Source: Gemmatimonadota bacterium (lineage in GTDB: Bacteria; Gemmatimonadota; Gemmatimonadetes; Gemmatimonadales; GWC2-71-9). From it: a stretch of DNA of 64,000 nt. Where the stretch lies: NCBI GenBank assembly GCA_003169895.1, contig PNAE01000007.1, positions 1,004,314 through 1,068,313 of the forward strand. The letters run 5' to 3'. Shown here in pieces: positions 35,702-43,731 of the stretch. Numbering within the stretch: position 1 is the first letter of the stretch; each line of letters starts with the position of its first letter. The notes under the pieces are model-generated. The model was not told the origin of the DNA and searched no databases. It saw only the letters and a program-made list of their open reading frames with translations. The position numbers and the translations under genes are program-made.

Positions 35702-36426
35702 GCCGCCGCGGCGCTCGTCCCGAGTACCGCGAGGGATTCACGCTGGTCGAATTACTCCTTGGCCTCACCGTCCTCGGCATCGTCGCTGGAACGGCGACGG
35801 CGGTGGTACTGGGGATATCGCGCGTGGCGACCCGCGCGACCCGATCGCTGGTCGCCGACCGCGCCCTGCAATCCCTGCAGGTCTTCCTGCGGCAGGAACT
35901 GCGCGATGCGACCAACGCGGACGTCGCGGTGATGGCCCCGACGCGGGTCGCGCTCGCGCGGCCAATCGGTGAGGCGATGGTGTGTGCCGCCAGTGACACG
36001 GCGATCCTGGTCGCTGACTCGGCCTGGACGGGGACCCGCTGGCCCGAACCGGGACGGGATGATGCCTGGTTGCTGGTGGATCCCGTCGCGGCGGTCTGGC
36101 AGGCGGCGGCGATCGTCGCCGTCGCGGCCGATCAGTGTCCTGGCGACCTCGCGCCGGCCATCCGTCTCTCCATATCGGCCCCGCCAACGGGTACAGTGGT
36201 TGTTCGCATCATGGAGCCAGTGGAACTCAGCGCATACCGGTCGGGAATTGCCGACTGGTTCGGGCTGACGCCGGCCAATCACGCCGCCGCGGTACAGCCA
36301 TTCGCCGGACCGCTCACGCCGGGCACTGCCCGGTGGGTGCTGTACGCCGACCGCCTCGAAACCGCTGTGCAGCCCAATGGCGCCGCGGCGACAATCATCC
36401 CGATACCACTGGCGGCCGGGCCATGA
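35689..36426 (+). CDS. Minor-pilin-like protein (prepilin-type N-terminal domain)
   Basis: ..PEYREG|FTLVELLLGLTVLGIVAGTATAVV.. The start is ATG 35689 or 35698; the latter overlaps the upstream stop (ATGA). Confidence 0.7.
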   Translation: MRTMSRRGARPEYREGFTLVELLLGLTVLGIVAGTATAVVLGISRVATRATRSLVADRALQSLQVFLRQELRDATNADVAVMAPTRVALARPIGEAMVCAASDTAILVADSAWTGTRWPEPGRDDAWLLVDPVAAVWQAAAIVAVAADQCPGDLAPAIRLSISAPPTGTVVVRIMEPVELSAYRSGIADWFGLTPANHAAAVQPFAGPLTPGTARWVLYADRLETAVQPNGAAATIIPIPLAAGP

Positions 36427-36860
36427 GGGACCCGGCCAGAAACGCCACTCGCGGCGTCGCGCTGGTGATGGCATTGGTCGTCGCCGTGCTGATCGAATCA
36501 CTTACCCTGCTGGCGCTGCATGCCGCAATCATCCATGTCCGGCTCGTTGCGGACGAACGCCAGCGCATCGAGGGTCAACTTGTCATATCGACCGCGCTGG
36601 CCACGGCGCGAGTTGCCTACCGTGCCGACCTCGACACGATGAGCGACGGTGGCGTGCTCGACCTGCCCACTGTCACGCGCGTGGACGGATGGTCATGGCG
36701 GGCGCAAGCGACGCGTGCCGGGGCGGTCATTCGCCTGGTCGCGGTGGCCGAACGCCGGTCGGCGGATGGCACCGTGTTCGCTGCGCATCGCGCCAGTCTC
36801 CTGCTGGCTCGTGATAGCGCCGATACTGTCCGGGTGTTAGGCCATCGGCCTCGCTTCTGA
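36423..36860 (+). CDS. PilX-like minor pilin / pilus assembly protein
   Basis: MRDPARNATRGVALVMALVVAVLIESLTLLAL.. is a PilX-N-like hydrophobic segment. ATG overlaps the upstream stop (ATGA). Confidence 0.6.
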   Translation: MRDPARNATRGVALVMALVVAVLIESLTLLALHAAIIHVRLVADERQRIEGQLVISTALATARVAYRADLDTMSDGGVLDLPTVTRVDGWSWRAQATRAGAVIRLVAVAERRSADGTVFAAHRASLLLARDSADTVRVLGHRPRF

Positions 36861-36866
36861 ATCGGT

Positions 36867-36882
36867 TGGCACGGGGAGTGCT
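36867..36882 (+). promoter_or_regulatory. Candidate sigma-54 promoter upstream of pilM
   Basis: TGGCACGgggaGTGCT has GG (36868-9) and GC (36880-1) at canonical spacing. The -12 box GTGCT deviates from TTGCW. It lies 160 nt upstream of ATG 37044. Confidence 0.45.
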
Positions 36883-37043
36883 ACCTACCAATTCTGAAAC
36901 TCGCGGCCGCGGCCCGTTCCGGGTCGGCAGGACCAAAGCCAAGTGGTTACTTTGCAAAGGGTTACTCGGTCATACCTGGTTCGAGGTCTGGACTTCGGGC
37001 AGCGTACGTTGCGAGCACCCTCCACCGCACAATCCGGGCTCCT

Positions 37044-38087
37044 ATGGCGCTCTTCCCGCGTTCGCGTTCCACGGTCGGGCTCGACATCGGCAGCGGCTAC
37101 ATCAAGGCGGTGATCATCAATCACGCCTCGGGTCAGCCGGTGCTGGAAAAGGTGGCACTGTCCCGCGTTCCCGACGACGCAATCGTCGAGGGCGAGGTGA
37201 TGGATCCCACCGTTGTCGCCAACGCCGTGCGCACACTGCTGACCGACGCCCAGATCAAGGCGAAGGAAGTTGTCGTCGCCGTGGGCGGGCGCGACGTGAT
37301 CATCAAGAAGATCCAGATGGATCGAATGAAGGAAGCCGAGGCGCGCGAGGTGATTCGCTGGGAAGCGGATCAGCACGTGCCGTTCGATCCCGAGAACGTC
37401 GAACTCGACTTCCAGATCCTCGATCCCGACGGCGACGGCCTGCAGATGCAGGTGCTCCTCGTCGCGGCGAAGCGCGAACTGGTGGAGTCGAAGCTGACGC
37501 TGCTCGCCGAGATCGGGCTGGACGCCAGCATCATCGACGTCGAAGCCTTCGCGTTGCACAACGCATTCGAGCGCAACTACCCTGACGCGATGCGCGGCGT
37601 CGTGGCGCTGGCCAACGTGGGCCACGAGACGACCACCGTCAACCTGCTCGAAGACGGCGTGCCGGTGCTGACGCGTGACCTGCCGATCGGCGTGCGTCGG
37701 CTGCGGGAAGACCTGCAGCGCGAGCGCGGCATGGCAAGCGAGGCCGCCGACCGGGTGGTGCGCGGCAGCGACCTCGATCCCGCGCTGGCGCCACACGTCG
37801 CATCGCGCGGTGGGGAACTGGCGCTCGGGATCGAGCGCGCCGCTGCGTTCCTGCAGACGTCCAATCGCCCGGTCGGCTCATTGGCGCGCGTCTACCTCAC
37901 CGGCGGCGGGTCACGGGTGCCCGGTTTGGCGGGGGTGCTTGCCGACCGGTTGCGCGTGCCGGTAACGCAGGCGCATCCGGTGGAACGGCTCGACGTCGCG
38001 CCCGGCGCGTTCGACGGCATTAACGTCGACGAAGTGTCGCCGCTGCTGATGCTTCCCGTCGGTCTTGCCCTGCGGACGATCGCATGA
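37044..38087 (+). CDS. pilM: Type IV pilus assembly ATPase-like protein PilM
   Basis: Actin-like fold signature VGLDIGSGYIKAV.. and ..IDVEAFAL.N.; 347 aa; first gene of the pilMNOPQ order. Confidence 0.9.
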   Translation: MALFPRSRSTVGLDIGSGYIKAVIINHASGQPVLEKVALSRVPDDAIVEGEVMDPTVVANAVRTLLTDAQIKAKEVVVAVGGRDVIIKKIQMDRMKEAEAREVIRWEADQHVPFDPENVELDFQILDPDGDGLQMQVLLVAAKRELVESKLTLLAEIGLDASIIDVEAFALHNAFERNYPDAMRGVVALANVGHETTTVNLLEDGVPVLTRDLPIGVRRLREDLQRERGMASEAADRVVRGSDLDPALAPHVASRGGELALGIERAAAFLQTSNRPVGSLARVYLTGGGSRVPGLAGVLADRLRVPVTQAHPVERLDVAPGAFDGINVDEVSPLLMLPVGLALRTIA

Positions 38088-38100
38088 GGAACCCCACGTC

Positions 38101-38790
38101 ATGATCAGCATCAATCTCAAGCCCGGCGCGAAGCGACAGCCATCCGGCGGCAGTGGATTTGCCGACCTGGGGGAGCGCCTCCGCGCCCTCGGCCAGAAGG
38201 TCAGGGAGCCAGGACTGGTGGTGGCGGGCGGCACCTGGCTGGTCGCCATCGTGGTGATCGGCGCACTCTTCCTCCACACCCAGTCGCGCCTCAACACGCT
38301 CGAACCGGCGATGCAGCACGCCCAGGATGAATACCAGCGGTATCACGGCTTCGTCATGGCCAAGCGGCGCGAAGAGCGCATCCGCGACTCGATCCTGACG
38401 CAAATCGGGACGATTTCCGCGGTGGACCAGGACCGCTATACCTGGTCGCACCTGCTCGACGAGATCGCCGGCGCGGTTCCAGAATTCACCTGGCTCACCA
38501 ACATCGCGCCGGTGACGGCGGCGGTGAACGTGTCGACCCTGACCGATTCGACGACGGCGGCGCCCGTGATCGTGCTGATCGCCGGCCAGACCAACGACCT
38601 GCAGAACTACACCGCGTTCCTGCGGCGCCTCGGCGAGAGCCACTGGCTCACCGACGTGGTTCCCGTGAAGACCGAGACGATCATCGATCACAACCGACCG
38701 GTCGTGTCATTCACGGTGCAGGCGACGTTTACCCGCGCCGACTCGAGCCGGATCCAGACCGTGCCGATCCTCGAATCGACGGTGAGGTAG
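38101..38790 (+). CDS. pilN: Type IV pilus assembly protein PilN
   Basis: MISINLKPG.. N-terminal motif, a single TM segment, and position after pilM. Confidence 0.85.
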   Translation: MISINLKPGAKRQPSGGSGFADLGERLRALGQKVREPGLVVAGGTWLVAIVVIGALFLHTQSRLNTLEPAMQHAQDEYQRYHGFVMAKRREERIRDSILTQIGTISAVDQDRYTWSHLLDEIAGAVPEFTWLTNIAPVTAAVNVSTLTDSTTAAPVIVLIAGQTNDLQNYTAFLRRLGESHWLTDVVPVKTETIIDHNRPVVSFTVQATFTRADSSRIQTVPILESTVR

Positions 38791-38792
38791 TC

Positions 38793-39416
38793 ATGGGCGA
38801 AAACTCGAAGACCGTCCCGATCGTCCTGACGCTGCTCGCGGTGCTGGTGGCATACGCTGCCTGGTCCGGCGACGGCATCTCGCTCATCGGCATGTCCGGC
38901 ATCAAGCCGAGAATGGTGTATGCCGACTCGATGCGCGATTCGCTCAAGGTGCTGCAGGCGCGGATCGACACCGCCAAGCGGGACATCGCGAAGGAGTCGG
39001 TCGAGGACGTCACGAAGCGGGTAGGCGCGTATCGCGGGTCGCTCGCACTTCTGCGCACGCTGGTGCCCGAGCAGCGCGAAGTGAACAACATGCTCGACGA
39101 CGTGAACATGCGCTCGCGGGTGCGTGGCGTGCGGATGACCGGCTTCAAGCCGGAGGCACCGCTGCCCGGGCCGGCGCCGTTCGATACCTACGGTTACGAT
39201 TTCGTCGTCGTCGGCCGCTACCACCAGGTGGCCGAGTTCCTGACCGACATCGCATCCCTGCGCCGGATCATGGTGCCCGGTGACGTGAAGCTGGTCGCGG
39301 CGAGCCAGGCGCAAGGCCGGGCGTTCGGCGACACGACTGCCATGCTCGAGGCCCACTTCACCGTCCGCACCTATGTCAAGTCGAAGGCGGCGGAGGACTC
39401 GACCCATGCGAAATAG
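38793..39416 (+). CDS. pilO: Type IV pilus assembly protein PilO
   Basis: Single TM segment plus coiled coil plus ferredoxin-like C-terminus (..YDFVVVGRYHQVAEFLTDIASL.RI.). Confidence 0.85.
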   Translation: MGENSKTVPIVLTLLAVLVAYAAWSGDGISLIGMSGIKPRMVYADSMRDSLKVLQARIDTAKRDIAKESVEDVTKRVGAYRGSLALLRTLVPEQREVNNMLDDVNMRSRVRGVRMTGFKPEAPLPGPAPFDTYGYDFVVVGRYHQVAEFLTDIASLRRIMVPGDVKLVAASQAQGRAFGDTTAMLEAHFTVRTYVKSKAAEDSTHAK

Positions 39417-39927
39417 GTCGACTCTGCTGGCGCCTGCCGTGCTGCTGCTGATGGCGTGCAGCGGCGGTGCCGCGTCGAGCACGGCGGCCGCGACGGCCAA
39501 GGCCGATTCCGCAGCCAAGGACTCGGTGGCGAAGGCGGCGCCCGCCAAGAAGGCGGTCGTCGTGCATCACCCGATCGACACCGTTGCGGCCGCGGGCATG
39601 CGCCCGCTGGTGCGCGAGACCTACACCTACGAAGGCAGTGCGCGCGACCCGTTCCAGCCGCTGGTCGCGCCGGTGGAACTGGGCCCCGAACTCGCCGATC
39701 TGCGGCTCGTGGCGATCCTGTACGATGACCGTGATCCGGCCGGCAGCCTCGCGACCTTTCGTGATATCGGCAACGATCGTCGCTTCACTGTGGCACCCGG
39801 TCAGCGCATCGGACGTATCACGGTGGTGAGCGTCGGCCGGAACAATGTGAAGTTGCGCGAGGACGAGTTCGGCACCGCGCGCGATCAGACCTATGCGCTC
39901 CGCAAACCGGAGGACCAGAGACCATGA
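39406..39927 (+). CDS. pilP: PilP-like lipoprotein
   Basis: Lipobox LLLMAC, an Ala/Lys-rich linker, an RDPF motif, and position between pilO and pilQ. Confidence 0.75.
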   Translation: MRNRSTLLAPAVLLLMACSGGAASSTAAATAKADSAAKDSVAKAAPAKKAVVVHHPIDTVAAAGMRPLVRETYTYEGSARDPFQPLVAPVELGPELADLRLVAILYDDRDPAGSLATFRDIGNDRRFTVAPGQRIGRITVVSVGRNNVKLREDEFGTARDQTYALRKPEDQRP

Positions 39928-41702
39928 TGCTTCGATCCCTCTCATGGGCGTTGCTGCCCGTGCTTCTTGGCGTCGGCTCCCATCCCGCCAGTCCAGCGCC
40001 CGAAGGGCAGGTCAGCGCCGTGTCGCTCTCAAGCGCCGGCGGGACTGCGCGGCTCGCCATCGCGGTCGATCGCGGCGTGAGCGTGCACCAGACCCGGATG
40101 CAGAATCCCGATCGGCTGGTGCTCGATTTCGAGCCCGCGCTCAAGGGCGAATTCGCCGCGTATGACGGACAGCATCGCGGCAATGTCGCGGACATCCGGG
40201 TCAACCAGTACAAGGCGAACGTCGTGCGCGTCGTGGTCGAGTTCGACCGGTTGCCCGACTTCAAGGTCGAGCAGGGGATCGACGGCACCGTGACCGTGGC
40301 ATTCGCCGACAAGCCGTTCGATAGCTGGGATGCAAGCGCCCGCCGGTCCACCGCCGCCCGCCGCCCGGCCGACGCGCCGGCCGACGAGCGGCCGGTCATC
40401 CGGAGCGAACCGGAGGCGCTGCTCATCGGCTTCTCGCGACTCAACCAGCAGGACAGCTCGCGGTTCGACGTGACTTGGGACAAGACCCCGATCGAGGATG
40501 CGCTGAACCAGCTTGCCGTTCGCTCCGGCCGCTCGATCGTGCCCGGCAAGAACGTGACCGGCACCGTGTCGATGACCATCAAGAACAAGACCTGGGGCGA
40601 GATCTTCCAGGCCCTGCTGGCGCAGCAGGGCCTCTCCGCCACGGTCATGGCGGGCGACATCATCCGGGTCGATTCGCCGGGTGAACTGTCCAAGCTCGAC
40701 TCGATCGAGGTGCTGACCCAGGCGGTGGTCCGGCTGAACTATGCCAAGGCCGCCGAGATGGCCAACAACGTCACCAAGATGATGACCAAGAACCGCGGGT
40801 CGGTGACGCCAGATACGTCCACCAACTCGCTTATCCTGGTCGATACCCGTACCCGCATCGACGCGATCCGGCAGTTCGTCGAAGCCCTCGACCTCAAGAC
40901 GCCGACCATCGCGATCCAGGCACGGCTGATCTTCGTCGACCGCACCGATCTCCAGCAGCTCGGCGTGAAGTACGACATCGGCACGGCGAACCAGTTCTTC
41001 AATAATATCGTCCAACGCACTGACCCGACTACCGGCCAGCCGTATAACCCCAACACGAACGTCGTCAACCTCGGCGGCAACAGCGTGTCCGCCATTTCAA
41101 ACGCGGACGCGTTGATCTCGGGCTCGGCCCTGGACCTGGTGTTCTCGACCGCGATCGGCGGGTTTTCCATCACCTCGTTCCTCAGTGCGCTCGAGCAGGT
41201 CCAGCTTACCGATGTTGAGGCGCAGCCGATCGTGCACGTGCTGGACAATCGCCAGGCGCAGCTGATCTCGGGCGAGCAGACGCCGGTACGCGTGATCGAC
41301 GCGTCGTCGTTCGGCCAGATCAATCAGGCACCGCGCGCCAACGTGCAGTTCAAGGAGACCGGCATCAAGCTGACCGCCACGCCGCACGTCACGGCCAACC
41401 GGCAGATCCTGATGGACCTCGACGTCGAGCGTTCGTCAATCCAGCTGCTCGCCTCGGTCGATCTTGGCTTCAACATTCCGATTCAGCACGGTATCACCAA
41501 GCTGCTCGTCAATGACGGCGAAACCGCCGTGATTGCCGGCCTCACCGTCACGACGGTGACCAAGAACCGGACCGGGATTCCGCTGCTCGGCCGCCTGCCG
41601 TTCATCGGCAACCTGTTCTCGTTCTCAACGAACTCCGAACACCGGCAGGACCTGATCATCCTCGTGACGCCCCGTATCATGGACGATCCGATAGGAAACT
41701 GA
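39924..41702 (+). CDS. pilQ: Type IV pilus secretin PilQ (AMIN domain plus secretin)
   Basis: N-terminal AMIN-like domain, an STN/secretin_N region, and a secretin C-terminus ..GIPLLGRLPFIGNLFS......L.ILVTPRI. Confidence 0.92.
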   Translation: MMLRSLSWALLPVLLGVGSHPASPAPEGQVSAVSLSSAGGTARLAIAVDRGVSVHQTRMQNPDRLVLDFEPALKGEFAAYDGQHRGNVADIRVNQYKANVVRVVVEFDRLPDFKVEQGIDGTVTVAFADKPFDSWDASARRSTAARRPADAPADERPVIRSEPEALLIGFSRLNQQDSSRFDVTWDKTPIEDALNQLAVRSGRSIVPGKNVTGTVSMTIKNKTWGEIFQALLAQQGLSATVMAGDIIRVDSPGELSKLDSIEVLTQAVVRLNYAKAAEMANNVTKMMTKNRGSVTPDTSTNSLILVDTRTRIDAIRQFVEALDLKTPTIAIQARLIFVDRTDLQQLGVKYDIGTANQFFNNIVQRTDPTTGQPYNPNTNVVNLGGNSVSAISNADALISGSALDLVFSTAIGGFSITSFLSALEQVQLTDVEAQPIVHVLDNRQAQLISGEQTPVRVIDASSFGQINQAPRANVQFKETGIKLTATPHVTANRQILMDLDVERSSIQLLASVDLGFNIPIQHGITKLLVNDGETAVIAGLTVTTVTKNRTGIPLLGRLPFIGNLFSFSTNSEHRQDLIILVTPRIMDDPIGN

Positions 41703-41705
41703 ATG

Positions 41706-41784
41706 ACGTGAGAGGTAAGACGTAAGAGGGGATCTCCACGCACGACGGAGATCCCCTCTTACGTCTCACCTCTCACCTCTTACC
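41706..41784. repeat. Heptad-phased hairpin (GTGAGAG/GTAAGAC/GTAAGAG units) with a perfect 19-bp core stem
   Basis: gacgtaagaggggatctcc (41719-41737) and ggagatcccctcttacgtc (41747-41765) flank a 9-nt loop. The stem extends about 11 bp further with 2 mismatches. The element fills the pilQ-aroC spacer. Confidence 0.85.
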
Positions 41785-41791
41785 TTCCGTC

Positions 41792-43033
41792 ATGCACCTC
41801 CGCTTCACCACCGCCGGCGAATCCCATGGCAAGGCGCTGGTGGTGATCGTCGAAGGCATCCCTGCCGGCCTGCCGATCACCTCCGCCGCGGTTGACCGCG
41901 ACCTCGGCCGCCGCATGCAAGGCTATGGTCGTGGCGCCCGGATGAAAATCGAGGCCGACCGGATTGAATGGCTTTCCGGCGTGCGCGCCGGTGAGACGCT
42001 CGGCTCGCCGATCGCGATGTTGATCCCCAATCGCGACTGGGCCAACTGGCAGGACGTCATGGCCGCGGAAGGAACACCCGGTGAGCCACGGCGCCGGCGC
42101 GTCACCAGGCCCAGGCCGGGGCACGCCGATCTCGTCGGCGTGCTGAAGTACGACCGGGTCGATGCGCGCGACATCCTGGAGCGCGCTTCGGCGCGCGAGA
42201 CGACCGCGCGCGTCGCCGCCGGTGCGGTCGCGCGCCGCCTGCTCGATGCGCTGGGCGTCGAGATCGGCTCGCACCTCGTGTCCCTCGGCGGCATTCGCGC
42301 CAACGCTCCATCGCCCCTGCCGACACCACTCAACGACGCCAGCGACGCATCGCCGGTTCGGACGCTCGATGGCACCGCCGAGGCGGCGATCGTCGCGCGC
42401 ATCGACCAGGCCAAGAAGGACGGCGATACGCTCGGCGGCGAGGTCGAAGTTGTCGCGCGTGGCTTGCCGGTGGGACTCGGCAGTCACGTAAGTTGGGATC
42501 GCAAACTCGACGGGCGGTTGGCGGGCATGCTGATGTCGATTCCCGCGGTGAAGGGCGTCGAGATTGGCCTCGGCTTCGAGGCCGCGCGACGACCGGGATC
42601 GCTGGTACACGATCCAATCGTGTCGGCGTCTCACCACGACCATCCTCGGGCCGTCTCCGATCCACGCGCCGGCTTCCGCCGCCTCGGCAACAACGCGGGC
42701 GGACTCGAAGGCGGCATGACAACCGGCGAGCCGCTGGTGGTGCGGGTCGCGATGAAGCCGATCGCCACCTTGATGTCGCCGCTCAGGACGGTGAACCTCG
42801 CGACCGGCGGCGAGGCAAGCGCCCAAAGCGAACGCTCCGACGTCACCGCGGTGCCTGCGATGGGCGTCATTGCGGAGGCGTTGGTGGCGCTGGTACTTGC
42901 CGATGCGATGCTCGAGAAGTTCGGCGGCGATGCGCTGACCGAAACTCGCCGCAATCTCGAGTCCTACCTTGCCGCCGCCGGCCGGCGCTGGGACGCAATT
43001 CGCGCCCAGGCGGCCGATCCGGAGGCCGACTGA
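41792..43033 (+). CDS. aroC: Chorismate synthase
   Basis: [21 protein letters not shown].., GRSSARET-like ([12 protein letters not shown]) and other AroC signatures; 413 aa. Confidence 0.95.
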   Translation: MHLRFTTAGESHGKALVVIVEGIPAGLPITSAAVDRDLGRRMQGYGRGARMKIEADRIEWLSGVRAGETLGSPIAMLIPNRDWANWQDVMAAEGTPGEPRRRRVTRPRPGHADLVGVLKYDRVDARDILERASARETTARVAAGAVARRLLDALGVEIGSHLVSLGGIRANAPSPLPTPLNDASDASPVRTLDGTAEAAIVARIDQAKKDGDTLGGEVEVVARGLPVGLGSHVSWDRKLDGRLAGMLMSIPAVKGVEIGLGFEAARRPGSLVHDPIVSASHHDHPRAVSDPRAGFRRLGNNAGGLEGGMTTGEPLVVRVAMKPIATLMSPLRTVNLATGGEASAQSERSDVTAVPAMGVIAEALVALVLADAMLEKFGGDALTETRRNLESYLAAAGRRWDAIRAQAADPEAD

Positions 43034-43050
43034 GCCAGCCGCGCCCGATC

Positions 43051-43554
43051 GTGCTGATCGGGTTGTCCGGGGCAGGCAAGACGAGCGTCGCCCCGCACGC
43101 GGCTCGCCTCCTCAATTCGGCCTGGTGCGACCTCGACCAGCGTGTGGTCGCACAGGCTGGGCTGTCCATTCCCGAGATCTTTGTCGCCCACGGCGAGGCT
43201 CACTTCCGCAAGCTGGAGCGGGCGGCAATGGCGGCAGCTCTCGCCGAGGCACCGCAGGTGATTGCGACCGGCGGGGGATGGGCCGCGGAGCCCGGCAATC
43301 TGGCCGCCATAGCGGGCCGCACGCTGGTGATCTATCTGTCGCTGTCGCCGATTGAAGCGGGCCGCCGGCTCGGGGGCCTTCGTGACCGTCCGCTGCTGGA
43401 GGTTGAATCACCGGAACGGCGCATGACGGAGCTGTTGGCCGTGCGCGAGCGTTGGTACCGGCTCGCGGATATCGAGATTGCCGTCGGCGAGGCATCACCA
43501 GACGTGGTCGCAGCTGGCATCGCGACCGCGGCGCGTCAATACGGGGGCTGGTGA
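43051..43554 (+). CDS. aroK: Shikimate kinase
   Basis: (V)LIGLSGAGKTSV P-loop at the N-terminus and ..IFV.HGEAHFRKLE... GTG 43051 is the only canonical start downstream of the aroC stop in this frame. Confidence 0.8.
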   Translation: MLIGLSGAGKTSVAPHAARLLNSAWCDLDQRVVAQAGLSIPEIFVAHGEAHFRKLERAAMAAALAEAPQVIATGGGWAAEPGNLAAIAGRTLVIYLSLSPIEAGRRLGGLRDRPLLEVESPERRMTELLAVRERWYRLADIEIAVGEASPDVVAAGIATAARQYGGW

Positions 43555-43601
43555 CGCTTTCGGCTTGCCGGGGGAGGGACCGATAGGCTATTAGTGGGGG
43601 A

Positions 43602-43670
43602 CGACAACGGCTCGGCCGTTGTCATCCCGAGCGAAGCGCCGGCACCGCCGGCGCGAAGTTGTGGGATCTC
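43602..43670. repeat. Structured element containing a GTCATCCCGAGCGAAGCG half-unit
   Basis: gacaacggc-tcg-gccgttgtc (9-bp stem), then atcccgagcgaagcGCCGGCaccGCCGGCgcgaagttgtgggat (8-bp GC stem flanked by ATCCC/GGGAT). It lies upstream of topA. Confidence 0.5.
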
Positions 43671-43731
43671 AATCCTGAACCCGCATTGAGGTCCTTCGAC
43701 TCCGCGAGTGCTGACACTTATAAAGGATTCG

